A program made the position numbers and the translations under genes. A model generated the notes under the pieces. It was given only the letters and a program-made list of their open reading frames with translations, was not told the origin of the DNA and did no database searches. Below, piece by piece: positions 1 to 8,987 of a stretch of DNA of 64,000 nt. This DNA is from Candidatus Krumholzibacteriia bacterium (GTDB lineage: Bacteria; Krumholzibacteriota; Krumholzibacteriia; Krumholzibacteriales; Krumholzibacteriaceae), in NCBI GenBank assembly GCA_963836185.1, contig CAWIIQ010000002.1, positions 128,001-192,000 on the forward strand. Reading direction: 5' to 3'. How positions within the stretch are numbered: the stretch's first letter is position 1; every line of letters begins with the position of its first letter.

Positions 1-257
1 TCGACGATGACGGTCACTCTTCCCTCGACCAGGCCCGAAATCTCGTCAAAGGCGATATCGACGTCGTAGTGTATCGCGTCGAAGAGCATCTGTCCGGGTG
101 TCGGTTGCGGCGCCAGCAACAGAGACCGGCCCGGGGAACTCAGCGGCCGGTCGAACTTTACAAGCAGATCTCTGTCTATCGCCCCGAACCTGTCCTGGGC
201 TCCGGCCGCGGAAGCGGCGAGCAGGATGAAGATCAACGGGAAAACAGTTCGTCTCAT
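1..257 (-). CDS. Partial (5' end) secreted M1-family aminopeptidase-like protein, runs off the window edge
   Basis: Not in the ORF track. Manual translation from ATG at 257: MRRTVFPLIFILLAASAAGAQDRF...FDAIHYDVDIAFDEISGLVEGRVTVIV. It has a signal peptide and a 'DxxHYDxDxxFD...GxVT' N-terminus typical of M1 peptidases; GAGGGAG RBS at 264-270. Confidence 0.6.
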   Translation of the reverse strand, partial: MRRTVFPLIFILLAASAAGAQDRFGAIDRDLLVKFDRPLSSPGRSLLLAPQPTPGQMLFDAIHYDVDIAFDEISGLVEGRVTVIV

Positions 258-415
258 TCGTAACTCCCTCAATTACATTCGGTTGTGTTGTTAATTATAC
301 TATTTCCAGCCTTTTTAAGCAAATGCTCCGGGTCCCTTTGCGCTTTCAATGCGGGGAGAGCTAACTTATAATCCCATTCTGGTCAAGGAGATATGAGCGT
401 GGAGCGGAGAATGTT

Positions 416-1777
416 TTGATAGCGGACAGATTCAGGATCAGCAATGCCCTGAGGGATATCATCGCGAACACCGGATGGCTGTTCGGGCTGAGAATACTGA
501 GGATGCTCTTTGCCCTCTTTGTAATGGCCTGGGTGGCTAGATATCTTGGCACGGAAGAGTACGGCATCCTCCAGTACGGAATCGCTTTCATGGGCCTTTT
601 CGTACCGTTCGCCACCCTGGGCCTGCAGCAGATAGTAGTCCGGGATATCGTCCGTGAACCGGAAGCGAGGGATGAGATCCTCGGCACGACCTTCGTCATG
701 AGGGTGATCGGGGGCCTGGCCGGATTTCTGTTCGTCCTGGTAGCGATATACTTCGTCAGGGAGGGACGCACTGTACGTCTTGTCACGGGTATCGCCGCCC
801 TGACGCTCTTCCTTCAGGCCTTCGAGTGCATAGACATGTGGTTCCAGTCACAGGTCCAGTCGAAGTATACGGTGATCGCCAAGAGTGTCTCCCTTGTCGT
901 GGCCAATGTGTTGAGGATCCTGGCGATCCTGATGCTGGCTCCAGTCGCGGCCTTTTCCGTAATACTCGTCATAAGTGTCATCATCTCGAGCACCGGCCTC
1001 GTGATCGCCTACAGATCGAAAGGGCACTCCCTGAGAAACTGGCGATTCAGCGGGGGCAGGGCCAGGAAACTGCTCGGACAGTCGTGGATGCTTATCCTCA
1101 CGGGCGCCTTTTCGGTCATCTACTTCAAGATAGACCAGGTGATGCTGGGGCAGATAGCGGGTGATGAGGAAGTCGGGGTCTATGCCGCGGCGACGCGCCT
1201 TTCCGAGGTCTGGTACTTCATTCCGACTGCCATCGTGACTTCCGTCTTCCCCGCACTGATCAAGGCGAAGGGGAGGGGCGAGAAGATCTACTATGCCAGG
1301 CTCCAGCGCCTATACGATTTCCTCGCGTGGCTGGGGCTGGCGGTGGCGGTCTTTTTCACATTCGCCTCGAACAGGGCGATCCTCATGATATTCGGCGACC
1401 AGTACGCGGCGGCGGGCCCGATCCTGGCAGTGCATATATGGGCCGGTGTCTTCATCTTCCTCAAGGTGGCGATGGGCCGCTGGCTGCTGAACGAAGGCAG
1501 ACTCGCCTTTCTCTTCATAAGCAGCGCTGTCGGGGCGATAATCAATGTAGCGCTTAATATCCCCCTGATACCGCGATACGGAGGGATGGGGGCCGCTGTG
1601 GCTACTGTCATCTCTTACGCGGTGGCGGGGCTCCTGGTCTGTTTCTTCTACAGACCAACGTGGCGTAACGGCTGGATGATGACAAAGGCCCTGCTGGTCC
1701 CGTTCAGGTCGCTTGCTCTTCTGGCAGGAAAGGGAGGAGCCGGAGGCGGCGATTCGGAGAAAACGGATGATGAATAG
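416..1777 (+). CDS. Wzx-type polysaccharide flippase (MOP superfamily)
   Basis: About 12 hydrophobic segments; 'ARYLGTEEYG', 'IYFKIDQVMLG...VGVYAAATRLSE', 'LIPRYGGMGAAVATVISY'. Confidence 0.9.
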   Translation: MIADRFRISNALRDIIANTGWLFGLRILRMLFALFVMAWVARYLGTEEYGILQYGIAFMGLFVPFATLGLQQIVVRDIVREPEARDEILGTTFVMRVIGGLAGFLFVLVAIYFVREGRTVRLVTGIAALTLFLQAFECIDMWFQSQVQSKYTVIAKSVSLVVANVLRILAILMLAPVAAFSVILVISVIISSTGLVIAYRSKGHSLRNWRFSGGRARKLLGQSWMLILTGAFSVIYFKIDQVMLGQIAGDEEVGVYAAATRLSEVWYFIPTAIVTSVFPALIKAKGRGEKIYYARLQRLYDFLAWLGLAVAVFFTFASNRAILMIFGDQYAAAGPILAVHIWAGVFIFLKVAMGRWLLNEGRLAFLFISSAVGAIINVALNIPLIPRYGGMGAAVATVISYAVAGLLVCFFYRPTWRNGWMMTKALLVPFRSLALLAGKGGAGGGDSEKTDDE

Positions 1778-3653
1778 GAATATGACAGACCGATCGTTCC
1801 CTGTTGTAATGCTGGTGATACTCGCTGCCGCCGCCGCGGTAAGGATCGCCTTCCTCATTCAGCTCTCGGGAAGCGACCTCGCGGAGATGCTTCCCCTCGA
1901 CATGCGTTTCTACCATGACCTGGGCGCGGCGCTGGCGTCGGGCAGAGGATTGCCCCCGGGCGGGCTGACCTTCAATCCCCTGTATCCTTTCTTCCTTGCC
2001 GCCGTCTTCAGGTTCTTCGGAGAGGGCCTGATGGCGCCGAGGATCATTCAGGCGCTCGCCGGGATCCTGACGATCTGGATGATCTTCCTGTCCGCGAGAC
2101 TGCTCGCTGACGGCCCGGATGGAGACAGGTCCCGGGGCGGATCGAGGGGGGACATCGCCGGCATTGCCGCCGCCGCGATCGCCCTTCTCTATCCACAGCT
2201 GCTTCTGTACGAGGGGAGCCTGCTCGCGACCTCTCTTGTCACACTGGTCATGGCCGCATCGTTCTGGACGGTGCTCAAGATCTCACACGCCCTGCGCGCC
2301 GGTGAGATAAAGGTCTGGCGGCGGACCGTCCCGTTCCCTGCCGCGGCGGTATTCCTGGGAATACTTGCAGGAGCGGGAATAATGGGAAGGCCCAATATAT
2401 TTCTCTTCCTTGCTCCCCTTCTGGCGGCCTGGCTGTTTTTCGCCGCGGGCCGGGACGGGAAGAGATGGAAGCTGACCCTGCTGTATGCAGCCGGGCTTGT
2501 CGTCATCCTCGTCCCAGCATCGGTATACAACGCCTCGAAAGGGGGTACGCCGGCGCCTGTGGCCTCACATGGGGGGATCAACCTTTACGTCGGCAACATG
2601 CGGGGGGCAGGAGGGCTGTATGATCCGCCCGAGGGGATGCGACGCGATATGCGGGGCCTGATCGAGGATTCGAAGGCAGTTGCGGAAAGGATCTCGGGCA
2701 GGAAGCTCAGTGACGCTGAAGTGTCGGCGTTCTGGTCGGCCCGCGCCCGCGAGAGGATCGTCACCGATACGGGCGGCTGGCTCGTCCTCCTCGGCCGCAA
2801 GGCTCTGCTCTTCTGGAACGGAGGAGAATTCGGAGACATCGTCAATGTCGATCTCATGCGGAAGGAATGCCCCGTATTCAGGGTGCTGATCGTCAGATTC
2901 GCGCTGATCTCGGCGCTGGCGCTGGCAGGGATGATCCTTGTCGTCAGGTACAGTTCCGGGAGATGGCCGTTTATGATATTCCTCGCGTCGTCCATGGCGG
3001 CCATAGTCTTTTTCTACTTCAATTCGCGGTACAGGATGCCGTCGGTCCCGGTTCTCGCAGTATCGGCCGGATATTTTATCGCCTGGATGATCGAAAAGAT
3101 GTCGGGGCGCCGGTGGAAGGAACTCGCCGCAGCTGTGACAGTAGCGCTTTTCTTCTTCGTGACTGTTTCCGGAAGGGAAATGTTCATAGTGAACAACAGC
3201 GCGGCATATACCTTCCTCGGCAATCATTACATGACTTCCGGCGATCAGGATAAGGCGATGGAAGCTTTTTCCGAGGCGCTGAGGCTCGATCCGGAAAGCG
3301 TCGAAAACAGGATAAACTTCGCGAGGGTGCTAAGCAGGGCCGGGGACAGGGAACAGGCTCGTGAACACTATGAGCTCGCATGGAAGGCCGCTCCGGATTT
3401 TCCGCGTCTCGCGCTCGAATACGGGTATCTTCTCGACGAACTGGGGATGCGGGCAGAGGCCAGGGTGTTGTACAATCATGCGTGGGATTCCGGGCGAAGG
3501 AACGAGATGGTCACAGCCTGCAAGCTTCTCTCCCGGATAGCGTACGCCGAGGGTGATGGAGATGCGGCGATTAAGTGGATAAGAAGAGCGCTCGAGCTGG
3601 TTCCGGGGGATGAAGAACTCCTCGGTATTCTGCAGAGGCTCGAGGGGTCATAG
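1767..3653 (+). CDS. GT-C fold (GT39/ArnT/PMT-like) membrane glycosyltransferase with C-terminal TPRs
   Basis: 'DMRFYH...PLYPFFLA', 'GRPN', 'GGINLYVGN', 'RYRMP' motifs; TPR-like helical repeats in the last ~150 aa. The start is more likely 1767-1782 than 1713. Confidence 0.8.
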   Translation: MMNRNMTDRSFPVVMLVILAAAAAVRIAFLIQLSGSDLAEMLPLDMRFYHDLGAALASGRGLPPGGLTFNPLYPFFLAAVFRFFGEGLMAPRIIQALAGILTIWMIFLSARLLADGPDGDRSRGGSRGDIAGIAAAAIALLYPQLLLYEGSLLATSLVTLVMAASFWTVLKISHALRAGEIKVWRRTVPFPAAAVFLGILAGAGIMGRPNIFLFLAPLLAAWLFFAAGRDGKRWKLTLLYAAGLVVILVPASVYNASKGGTPAPVASHGGINLYVGNMRGAGGLYDPPEGMRRDMRGLIEDSKAVAERISGRKLSDAEVSAFWSARARERIVTDTGGWLVLLGRKALLFWNGGEFGDIVNVDLMRKECPVFRVLIVRFALISALALAGMILVVRYSSGRWPFMIFLASSMAAIVFFYFNSRYRMPSVPVLAVSAGYFIAWMIEKMSGRRWKELAAAVTVALFFFVTVSGREMFIVNNSAAYTFLGNHYMTSGDQDKAMEAFSEALRLDPESVENRINFARVLSRAGDREQAREHYELAWKAAPDFPRLALEYGYLLDELGMRAEARVLYNHAWDSGRRNEMVTACKLLSRIAYAEGDGDAAIKWIRRALELVPGDEELLGILQRLEGS

Positions 3654-3665
3654 AAAGGTATATGG

Positions 3666-4778
3666 ATGCTGACTTTTCTGGCGTTGCTTCTGCGCAGCAA
3701 GAAGACGATCGTGATCGCGGCCGTGGCCGGGTTCATCATATCCGCCGCCATAAGCATGGTCCTGCCGTCAAAATACAAATCGGCCGGAGCCTTTATCCCC
3801 GGCGGCGTCGAACGGGAACTGACCGGATCTAACAGCTTTCTGTCAAGTCTGGGCACATTCAGCGAAACGTATACGACCTTCATCCGTGTAAGCAGGAACT
3901 ACGTTATAGATTACATCATGAGAAGCCAGAGGATGGCCGAGATGATGGATTCGCGGTTCGACCTCAGGAGATTGTACGGCAAGGATACGGTCACTGAAGC
4001 GAGGCGGGAGCTCAAGAAAAGGACCTACGTCAATGTCAGGGATGAGGGAGTGCTCGAGATAATGGTCGAGGCGTCCGACGCCGTGCTCGCGAGAGATATG
4101 GTCGCCGCCTACCTGGAATTCGTCGACAGCATCCTCGTCGGGCTCAACGTAGAAAGCGCCGAGGTGAAGATCGCCTATCTCGAGAGGGATATCGCCCGCA
4201 GAGAACTCGCGAGGGCGGAGGCAGACTCGATCCTGACCGAATTCATGGTTTCCAGGGGCGTCTTCGAGATCGAAAGCCAGGCAAAGGCCGCGTTCCAGAT
4301 CATCGGCGCGCTTACTGCCAGAGTGAGTTCTCTCGAAGTAGAGAGAGACATGATAGCAATGACGAGGCGTGAAGGATCGATGGATCTCAAGCAGATTGAC
4401 CTGGAGATCGAGATGCTCAAGGCCGAGATCGACAGGGCCACCGAGTCCGGTGGCGGCGGGGATCTCTTCCCGGCTCTTTCCGACATGCCGGGGCTCGCTG
4501 CCGAATATCTCGGTATGGTGGCCGAGAGGATGGCGCAGGAATTCTCGCTTGCCTATGTGAGGCTGAAGCTCGAGGACTCCAGGATCTACGCGAACAACAC
4601 GGTCAGCGCGATCCGTGTCATCGACCCTCCAGTGGTCCCGGAGAAGAGGAGCTGGCCGAAGAGAAAGCAGATCGTAATAGTCCTGACGATGGCGAGCGTG
4701 TTCTGGGCCTGTTTTGTCATACTGGTCCGTGAACAGATATCGTCGGCAAAAGATATCCCGGAGGAAACGGGCGGATGA
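3666..4778 (+). CDS. Wzz/Wzc-N-like polysaccharide co-polymerase (chain-length regulator)
   Basis: N-terminal TM followed by 'PSKYKS', coiled-coil middle, C-terminal 'VIDPPVVPEKRSWPKR' plus TM. Confidence 0.85.
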   Translation: MLTFLALLLRSKKTIVIAAVAGFIISAAISMVLPSKYKSAGAFIPGGVERELTGSNSFLSSLGTFSETYTTFIRVSRNYVIDYIMRSQRMAEMMDSRFDLRRLYGKDTVTEARRELKKRTYVNVRDEGVLEIMVEASDAVLARDMVAAYLEFVDSILVGLNVESAEVKIAYLERDIARRELARAEADSILTEFMVSRGVFEIESQAKAAFQIIGALTARVSSLEVERDMIAMTRREGSMDLKQIDLEIEMLKAEIDRATESGGGGDLFPALSDMPGLAAEYLGMVAERMAQEFSLAYVRLKLEDSRIYANNTVSAIRVIDPPVVPEKRSWPKRKQIVIVLTMASVFWACFVILVREQISSAKDIPEETGG

Positions 4779-6175
4779 AGATGGAATTGCCTGACAACCT
4801 CCATGACGGCGGAGAAGGCGAGGGTGGTCCCCGGCGGTTTTCCTGGCGCCTTGCCGGCGCGGCTCTCCTTGCGGCAGTGTTGATCGCCGCTATGGCACTG
4901 TTCCTTCCGTCCGGGGCGATAATGCTTCTGCTGATGACAATTCTCGCTCTGCCGATGATACTCTACCTGACGTCGAAGCCGGAATATGTCCTGGCGATCA
5001 TGCTATTTTTCAGACTCTCGAACCTCGATATATTCCTGCCGATGAGGCTTATCAGGCCTCTTTCAGTGATGATGCTGGCCGCGCTGCTCGCGGCCAGGCT
5101 CGATGGCCGTAAGCTGGTCTTCCGTGACAGGACCCTTGTCATTCTGATAGTCGCTTTTATGCTTACGGCCTTTCACACGATCGCGTTCGCCGAGGACCTC
5201 CCGGAATCGGTGAGAGTGCTTGAGATTTTGACAGGCATATTCATTGTGATCGGCGCTGCCCTGCTCATGGCAGGGTCCAGGAAGTATTTTCTCGAATTTC
5301 TCATCGTCCTGGCCGCCGCGACGATGATCAGTGATTTTCTTCCATTCATCCTCCCGCCCCCAGGCGATTATGCGTCAAAGACACTCATGTGGGGAGAGGG
5401 TGTTCTTCGTTACGAAGGATATCAATTCGAGGCAAACACATTTGCCTTTCACCAGATCTTCATCATCCCCATCCTGCTATTCCTCATGACCAGGTTCGAC
5501 AGGCCCAGGATCGTCCGGCCCCTTATCTTCGCCGCGATTGCCGGGTCGGTATTTGTGCTGATGCTCAGTTTTTCCCGCGGCGGGTTTGTCGGTCTGCTGG
5601 TGATCCTGATAGTGCTGCTGATCGTCGAGAGAAAAAACCGCACGGTCATGACGATAGCGGTGGCGGGTGTAGTCGTCCTGCTCGCGGCCGCGCCTGGACT
5701 CTACTGGGAACGCGTCATCTCCGCGTATGAGGCATCGCAGCATATCACGGAAGATTATTCGGTCATGGTGAGGGTCCAGACAATGAAAGTCGCCGCTATC
5801 CTCGGAGCGAAGAATCCGGTGTTCGGCGTCGGAATAGGAAACTTCATTGCGCAGGCGTCGCGCTACCTTCCTTTTACGAAGGCCGTACATAACGCTTACC
5901 TGCAGGTATTTTCCGAGATGGGAGTGCCCGGCCTCCTGATAGTCTCGTCGATCTTTATCAGAAATATCTTTATAGCCAGGTCGATGATGGGTTCGACCCG
6001 GAACCGGGACAGGGCCAGGCTCGGCAGGTTCCTGATGATCCAGCAGATCGCGGTGACGGTGACGGCGATGTTCATCCCGATCGCGTACGAATTCATCTTC
6101 TGGCTTCCGATGGTGATACCGTCCATCGCGAACATCGCCTATTCGGAGAAGACCGCCGAACCTGAACGTCCGTAG
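4775..6175 (+). CDS. O-antigen ligase / Wzy-like polymerase family protein
   Basis: Multi-TM; 'SFSRGG', 'PVFGVGIGNF', 'HNAYLQVFSEMGVPG'. Confidence 0.88.
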   Translation: MKMELPDNLHDGGEGEGGPRRFSWRLAGAALLAAVLIAAMALFLPSGAIMLLLMTILALPMILYLTSKPEYVLAIMLFFRLSNLDIFLPMRLIRPLSVMMLAALLAARLDGRKLVFRDRTLVILIVAFMLTAFHTIAFAEDLPESVRVLEILTGIFIVIGAALLMAGSRKYFLEFLIVLAAATMISDFLPFILPPPGDYASKTLMWGEGVLRYEGYQFEANTFAFHQIFIIPILLFLMTRFDRPRIVRPLIFAAIAGSVFVLMLSFSRGGFVGLLVILIVLLIVERKNRTVMTIAVAGVVVLLAAAPGLYWERVISAYEASQHITEDYSVMVRVQTMKVAAILGAKNPVFGVGIGNFIAQASRYLPFTKAVHNAYLQVFSEMGVPGLLIVSSIFIRNIFIARSMMGSTRNRDRARLGRFLMIQQIAVTVTAMFIPIAYEFIFWLPMVIPSIANIAYSEKTAEPERP

Positions 6176-7674
6176 CAGGAGAGAAAAAACCCGTCACCCA
6201 GCGGAATGTTGATGAACTCGTAGTTGTCGCTGAAACGGGTATCGAGGATGATATCCCTTTCCTGGACCTTGATCCTGCCGAGATCCTCAAGGCGCTTTCC
6301 ACTATGTACCTGGATATTCCCGAGAAGGAGCAGGTCGGGGTCCCTGTCGAGAACGTGTGATCCGAGGGATTTCATGCGACCCGGCTGATCAGATACGATC
6401 TTTCCCTTTCTCGCGATCTCCGGTTCGGTCAGCCCGAGGATGTCGACGACCGGAAGGCCGCTGTAGAAACCGATCGCTCCCGTCGATCCGCATCCGAGGC
6501 TCGTTCCTTCCGGCAGCCTTGCCGCAAGTTCCTCACCGACCCATCCGAAGGCCTTGACCATAAGACGCTCGCGCCTGATGACCGCGTGGCCTGACGAACC
6601 CGGGGCCATCGCGATACTTGTGAATATGACCGCGAGAGCGGCGGACTGCCATGCGCCGGCCCGGCCCCGAGGTATTTTCTCCTGGGTCATGACGATGCGG
6701 GGGATCACTGCCGCTGCCATGACCGCTATCGCCGGGAGAGAGGGGACTAGGAGTCCGAACTGGGGTGTCGAGGCGCCGCCGGCGAGGGCCGCGATCACCC
6801 AGTTGAGGATGATGATCGAGACGGGTACGATAACAGTGCCGAAATCTTTTCCGGTATCGTTCCGTTCCTTCGTGTTCCGGAAGATGAGCGCCGCGGCTGG
6901 CAGCCAGATGTACCAGGCGGCGAACCGTGCCGTATAGGACAGGCCGTTACGCAGCTGGGCCGCGGGTGCGCCTGTTTTCGCGTAAAATGTGTTCGGCAGG
7001 ACACCGCCGAAATACGAAATCTTCCATACGATATAAGGGACGAGAAACAGCGCAGCCACCAGTATCCCTTCTGCAGCGACCCGCCGCGGGGACTCCCCCC
7101 GGATGATCAGGAGAATGGCGGCCAGGACAAAGAACGCGGCCCCTTCAGGGAACACGAGCGTGAGTATGGCGAATATCGTCAATGTGGGACGTGTCTCGCG
7201 GCCTGTCGAGATAAACAGCATTCCGGCCGTGAGAAGAAATGTGAACATGGGGATCCCGGTGCCCGAGAGCGCCCACGCGGTGAACGGAGTCGACGCCGCG
7301 AGGATCAGCGGCGCCGCGGCTGCCACTCCCGTTCCCGCAGGCTTATTTCCCCTCCCGGCAATGACCGGGGCACAGGCGATCCATGTGAGGATGAGTGTGC
7401 CGGCAGAGAAGAGAAGACTGATGACCCTCGCTCCCGCTGCGGTCGGAATGCCCGCTTTTGACGCAGTGGCCATGATGATGACCCACAGAAAACCTGTATA
7501 ACCTTCGACGCGTTCGCCGGGATTGAATACGAGGCCCTCGCCGGAGGCGGCGTTACGGGCATACCTCATTCCGATATAAGCGTCGTCGGGCACATAGTGG
7601 AACCACCAGAGGCCGCCGGCAAAGACTGCCGCTATCACGGCCGCGAGGATGATGTTTCTCGCCGCGGGAGCCAT
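6139..7674 (-). CDS. GT-C fold membrane glycosyltransferase (DDAYI-type)
   Basis: 'PDDAYIGMRYARN...GLVFNPGERVEGYT', 'LPNTFYAK', 'GAIGFYS...VVDILGLT'; many TMs. Confidence 0.75.
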   Translation of the reverse strand: MAPAARNIILAAVIAAVFAGGLWWFHYVPDDAYIGMRYARNAASGEGLVFNPGERVEGYTGFLWVIIMATASKAGIPTAAGARVISLLFSAGTLILTWIACAPVIAGRGNKPAGTGVAAAAPLILAASTPFTAWALSGTGIPMFTFLLTAGMLFISTGRETRPTLTIFAILTLVFPEGAAFFVLAAILLIIRGESPRRVAAEGILVAALFLVPYIVWKISYFGGVLPNTFYAKTGAPAAQLRNGLSYTARFAAWYIWLPAAALIFRNTKERNDTGKDFGTVIVPVSIIILNWVIAALAGGASTPQFGLLVPSLPAIAVMAAAVIPRIVMTQEKIPRGRAGAWQSAALAVIFTSIAMAPGSSGHAVIRRERLMVKAFGWVGEELAARLPEGTSLGCGSTGAIGFYSGLPVVDILGLTEPEIARKGKIVSDQPGRMKSLGSHVLDRDPDLLLLGNIQVHSGKRLEDLGRIKVQERDIILDTRFSDNYEFINIPLGDGFFLSCYGRSGSAVFSE

Positions 7675-7679
7675 CCCTG

Positions 7680-7922
7680 TCAGTTCTCCAGGAATATCAC
7701 GGGGCAGGTGATCGTCTGCTGGATGCCCGGAACGGGCTGGATATTCTCCAGGACTGATTTGCCGATCTCATTGAATGTCGCCCCGTCCACGACAGCGATC
7801 ATGTCATACGGTCCTGACACCGCGTGGACCTCGGTCACGAAATCCATCTTCCGCAGTTTCATGAGTACGTCTTCAGAGGCGCCCGCCGCGATATTGATGA
7901 GTATGAAAGCCCTTGCTCTCAT
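7680..7922 (-). CDS. Stand-alone Lrp/AsnC ligand-binding (RAM) domain protein
   Basis: 80 aa, 'AFILIN...VTEVHAVSGPYDMIAVV...IQPVPGIQQTITC'; no HTH. Confidence 0.85.
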   Translation of the reverse strand: MRARAFILINIAAGASEDVLMKLRKMDFVTEVHAVSGPYDMIAVVDGATFNEIGKSVLENIQPVPGIQQTITCPVIFLEN

Positions 7923-8060
7923 GATCGATCCCCCTTTCTTTGCCGCGCTGCTTTTCTGTCTGCGAGGTCCTGCTTCCGCTACTAGAAATTACAGCAGGCA
8001 CCCGCAGCCGGTCAATACAATCAGGAGGGAGGTGATATTATGGAAGGCCTGATATCGATA

Positions 8061-8987
8061 TCAGAAACGGTAGGCGGCGGTAACACGTGTCTGTCTGCCC
8101 AGGTTGTCATCCGGGTCGAATCCGAACGCCAGCGCAAGCCTGGCGCCGCCCAGCTCCGCTGTGACTCCGCACCACGGGATAGTTCTGCTGTAGTTGACGG
8201 TCCTGATGTCAGCTCCTGCCTGCAGCCAGAGGATACTGCTTATCAGGCTCAGCTCTCCTCCGAGGCGGTAACTGCTCAACTCGCCCTCACGGAAGAGGAC
8301 GTCGAACTCGGTGGAGAAACGCCCGTAAATGATCTCCTCGACCGAAGCGGCGAAGGAGACTGTGGGGCCGATCTCCCACGAACTGAACGGGTAGTGGACT
8401 TTGCTCCAGACATCTTTCACCGTCGCGGCAAACCATATGTGACGGGTCAATCTTGTGGTAAGAGCGATATCAAGAGCCGATCCCCAGGCCCCCGCGTCGT
8501 CGACGTCAGACCAGCTCTTCATCATCCTCCAGCTGACGCCTATGTAGTTGTAAGGGTTGAAGCTGAATGCCGCGGAGAGGCCCACAGTTCCCTCGTTCCA
8601 TCCTGAACCCTCGGAGAGCTTCAGGCCTAGATGGGAGATCGTCATCGCGACCGCGAGGCGCCTGACCTCTACCGTTCCATCTATCGATCTGCGATGGTCG
8701 AGAAGGCCCGTTCCCAAAGAGACTACAGTGTATAGATTGTCCATGCCCGGAATCGGTTTTGTCGTTCCGATGCCTATGCCTGGAGATGTGAGAAAGACGA
8801 GATTGGCCGGATTCCAGTACGCGGCCGCCTCGTCACGGACGAGGATCGTGCCTGCGCCGCCCAGCGCCTGGCCGCGCGCGTCCCACCCCAGCGGAAGGAA
8901 GGTCCCGCCCTGCGACCCCTCTTGTGCCGTTAGGGCGCAGGGAAGGAGCAGCAGTATCGCCGCCGTTATGACAAACCGCCGGGCCAT
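8061..8987 (-). CDS. PorV/UPF0164-like outer-membrane beta-barrel
   Basis: Signal peptide; 'FLPLGWDARGQALGGA...AAYWNPANL'; terminal aromatic residue (YRF). Confidence 0.75.
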   Translation of the reverse strand: MARRFVITAAILLLLPCALTAQEGSQGGTFLPLGWDARGQALGGAGTILVRDEAAAYWNPANLVFLTSPGIGIGTTKPIPGMDNLYTVVSLGTGLLDHRRSIDGTVEVRRLAVAMTISHLGLKLSEGSGWNEGTVGLSAAFSFNPYNYIGVSWRMMKSWSDVDDAGAWGSALDIALTTRLTRHIWFAATVKDVWSKVHYPFSSWEIGPTVSFAASVEEIIYGRFSTEFDVLFREGELSSYRLGGELSLISSILWLQAGADIRTVNYSRTIPWCGVTAELGGARLALAFGFDPDDNLGRQTRVTAAYRF

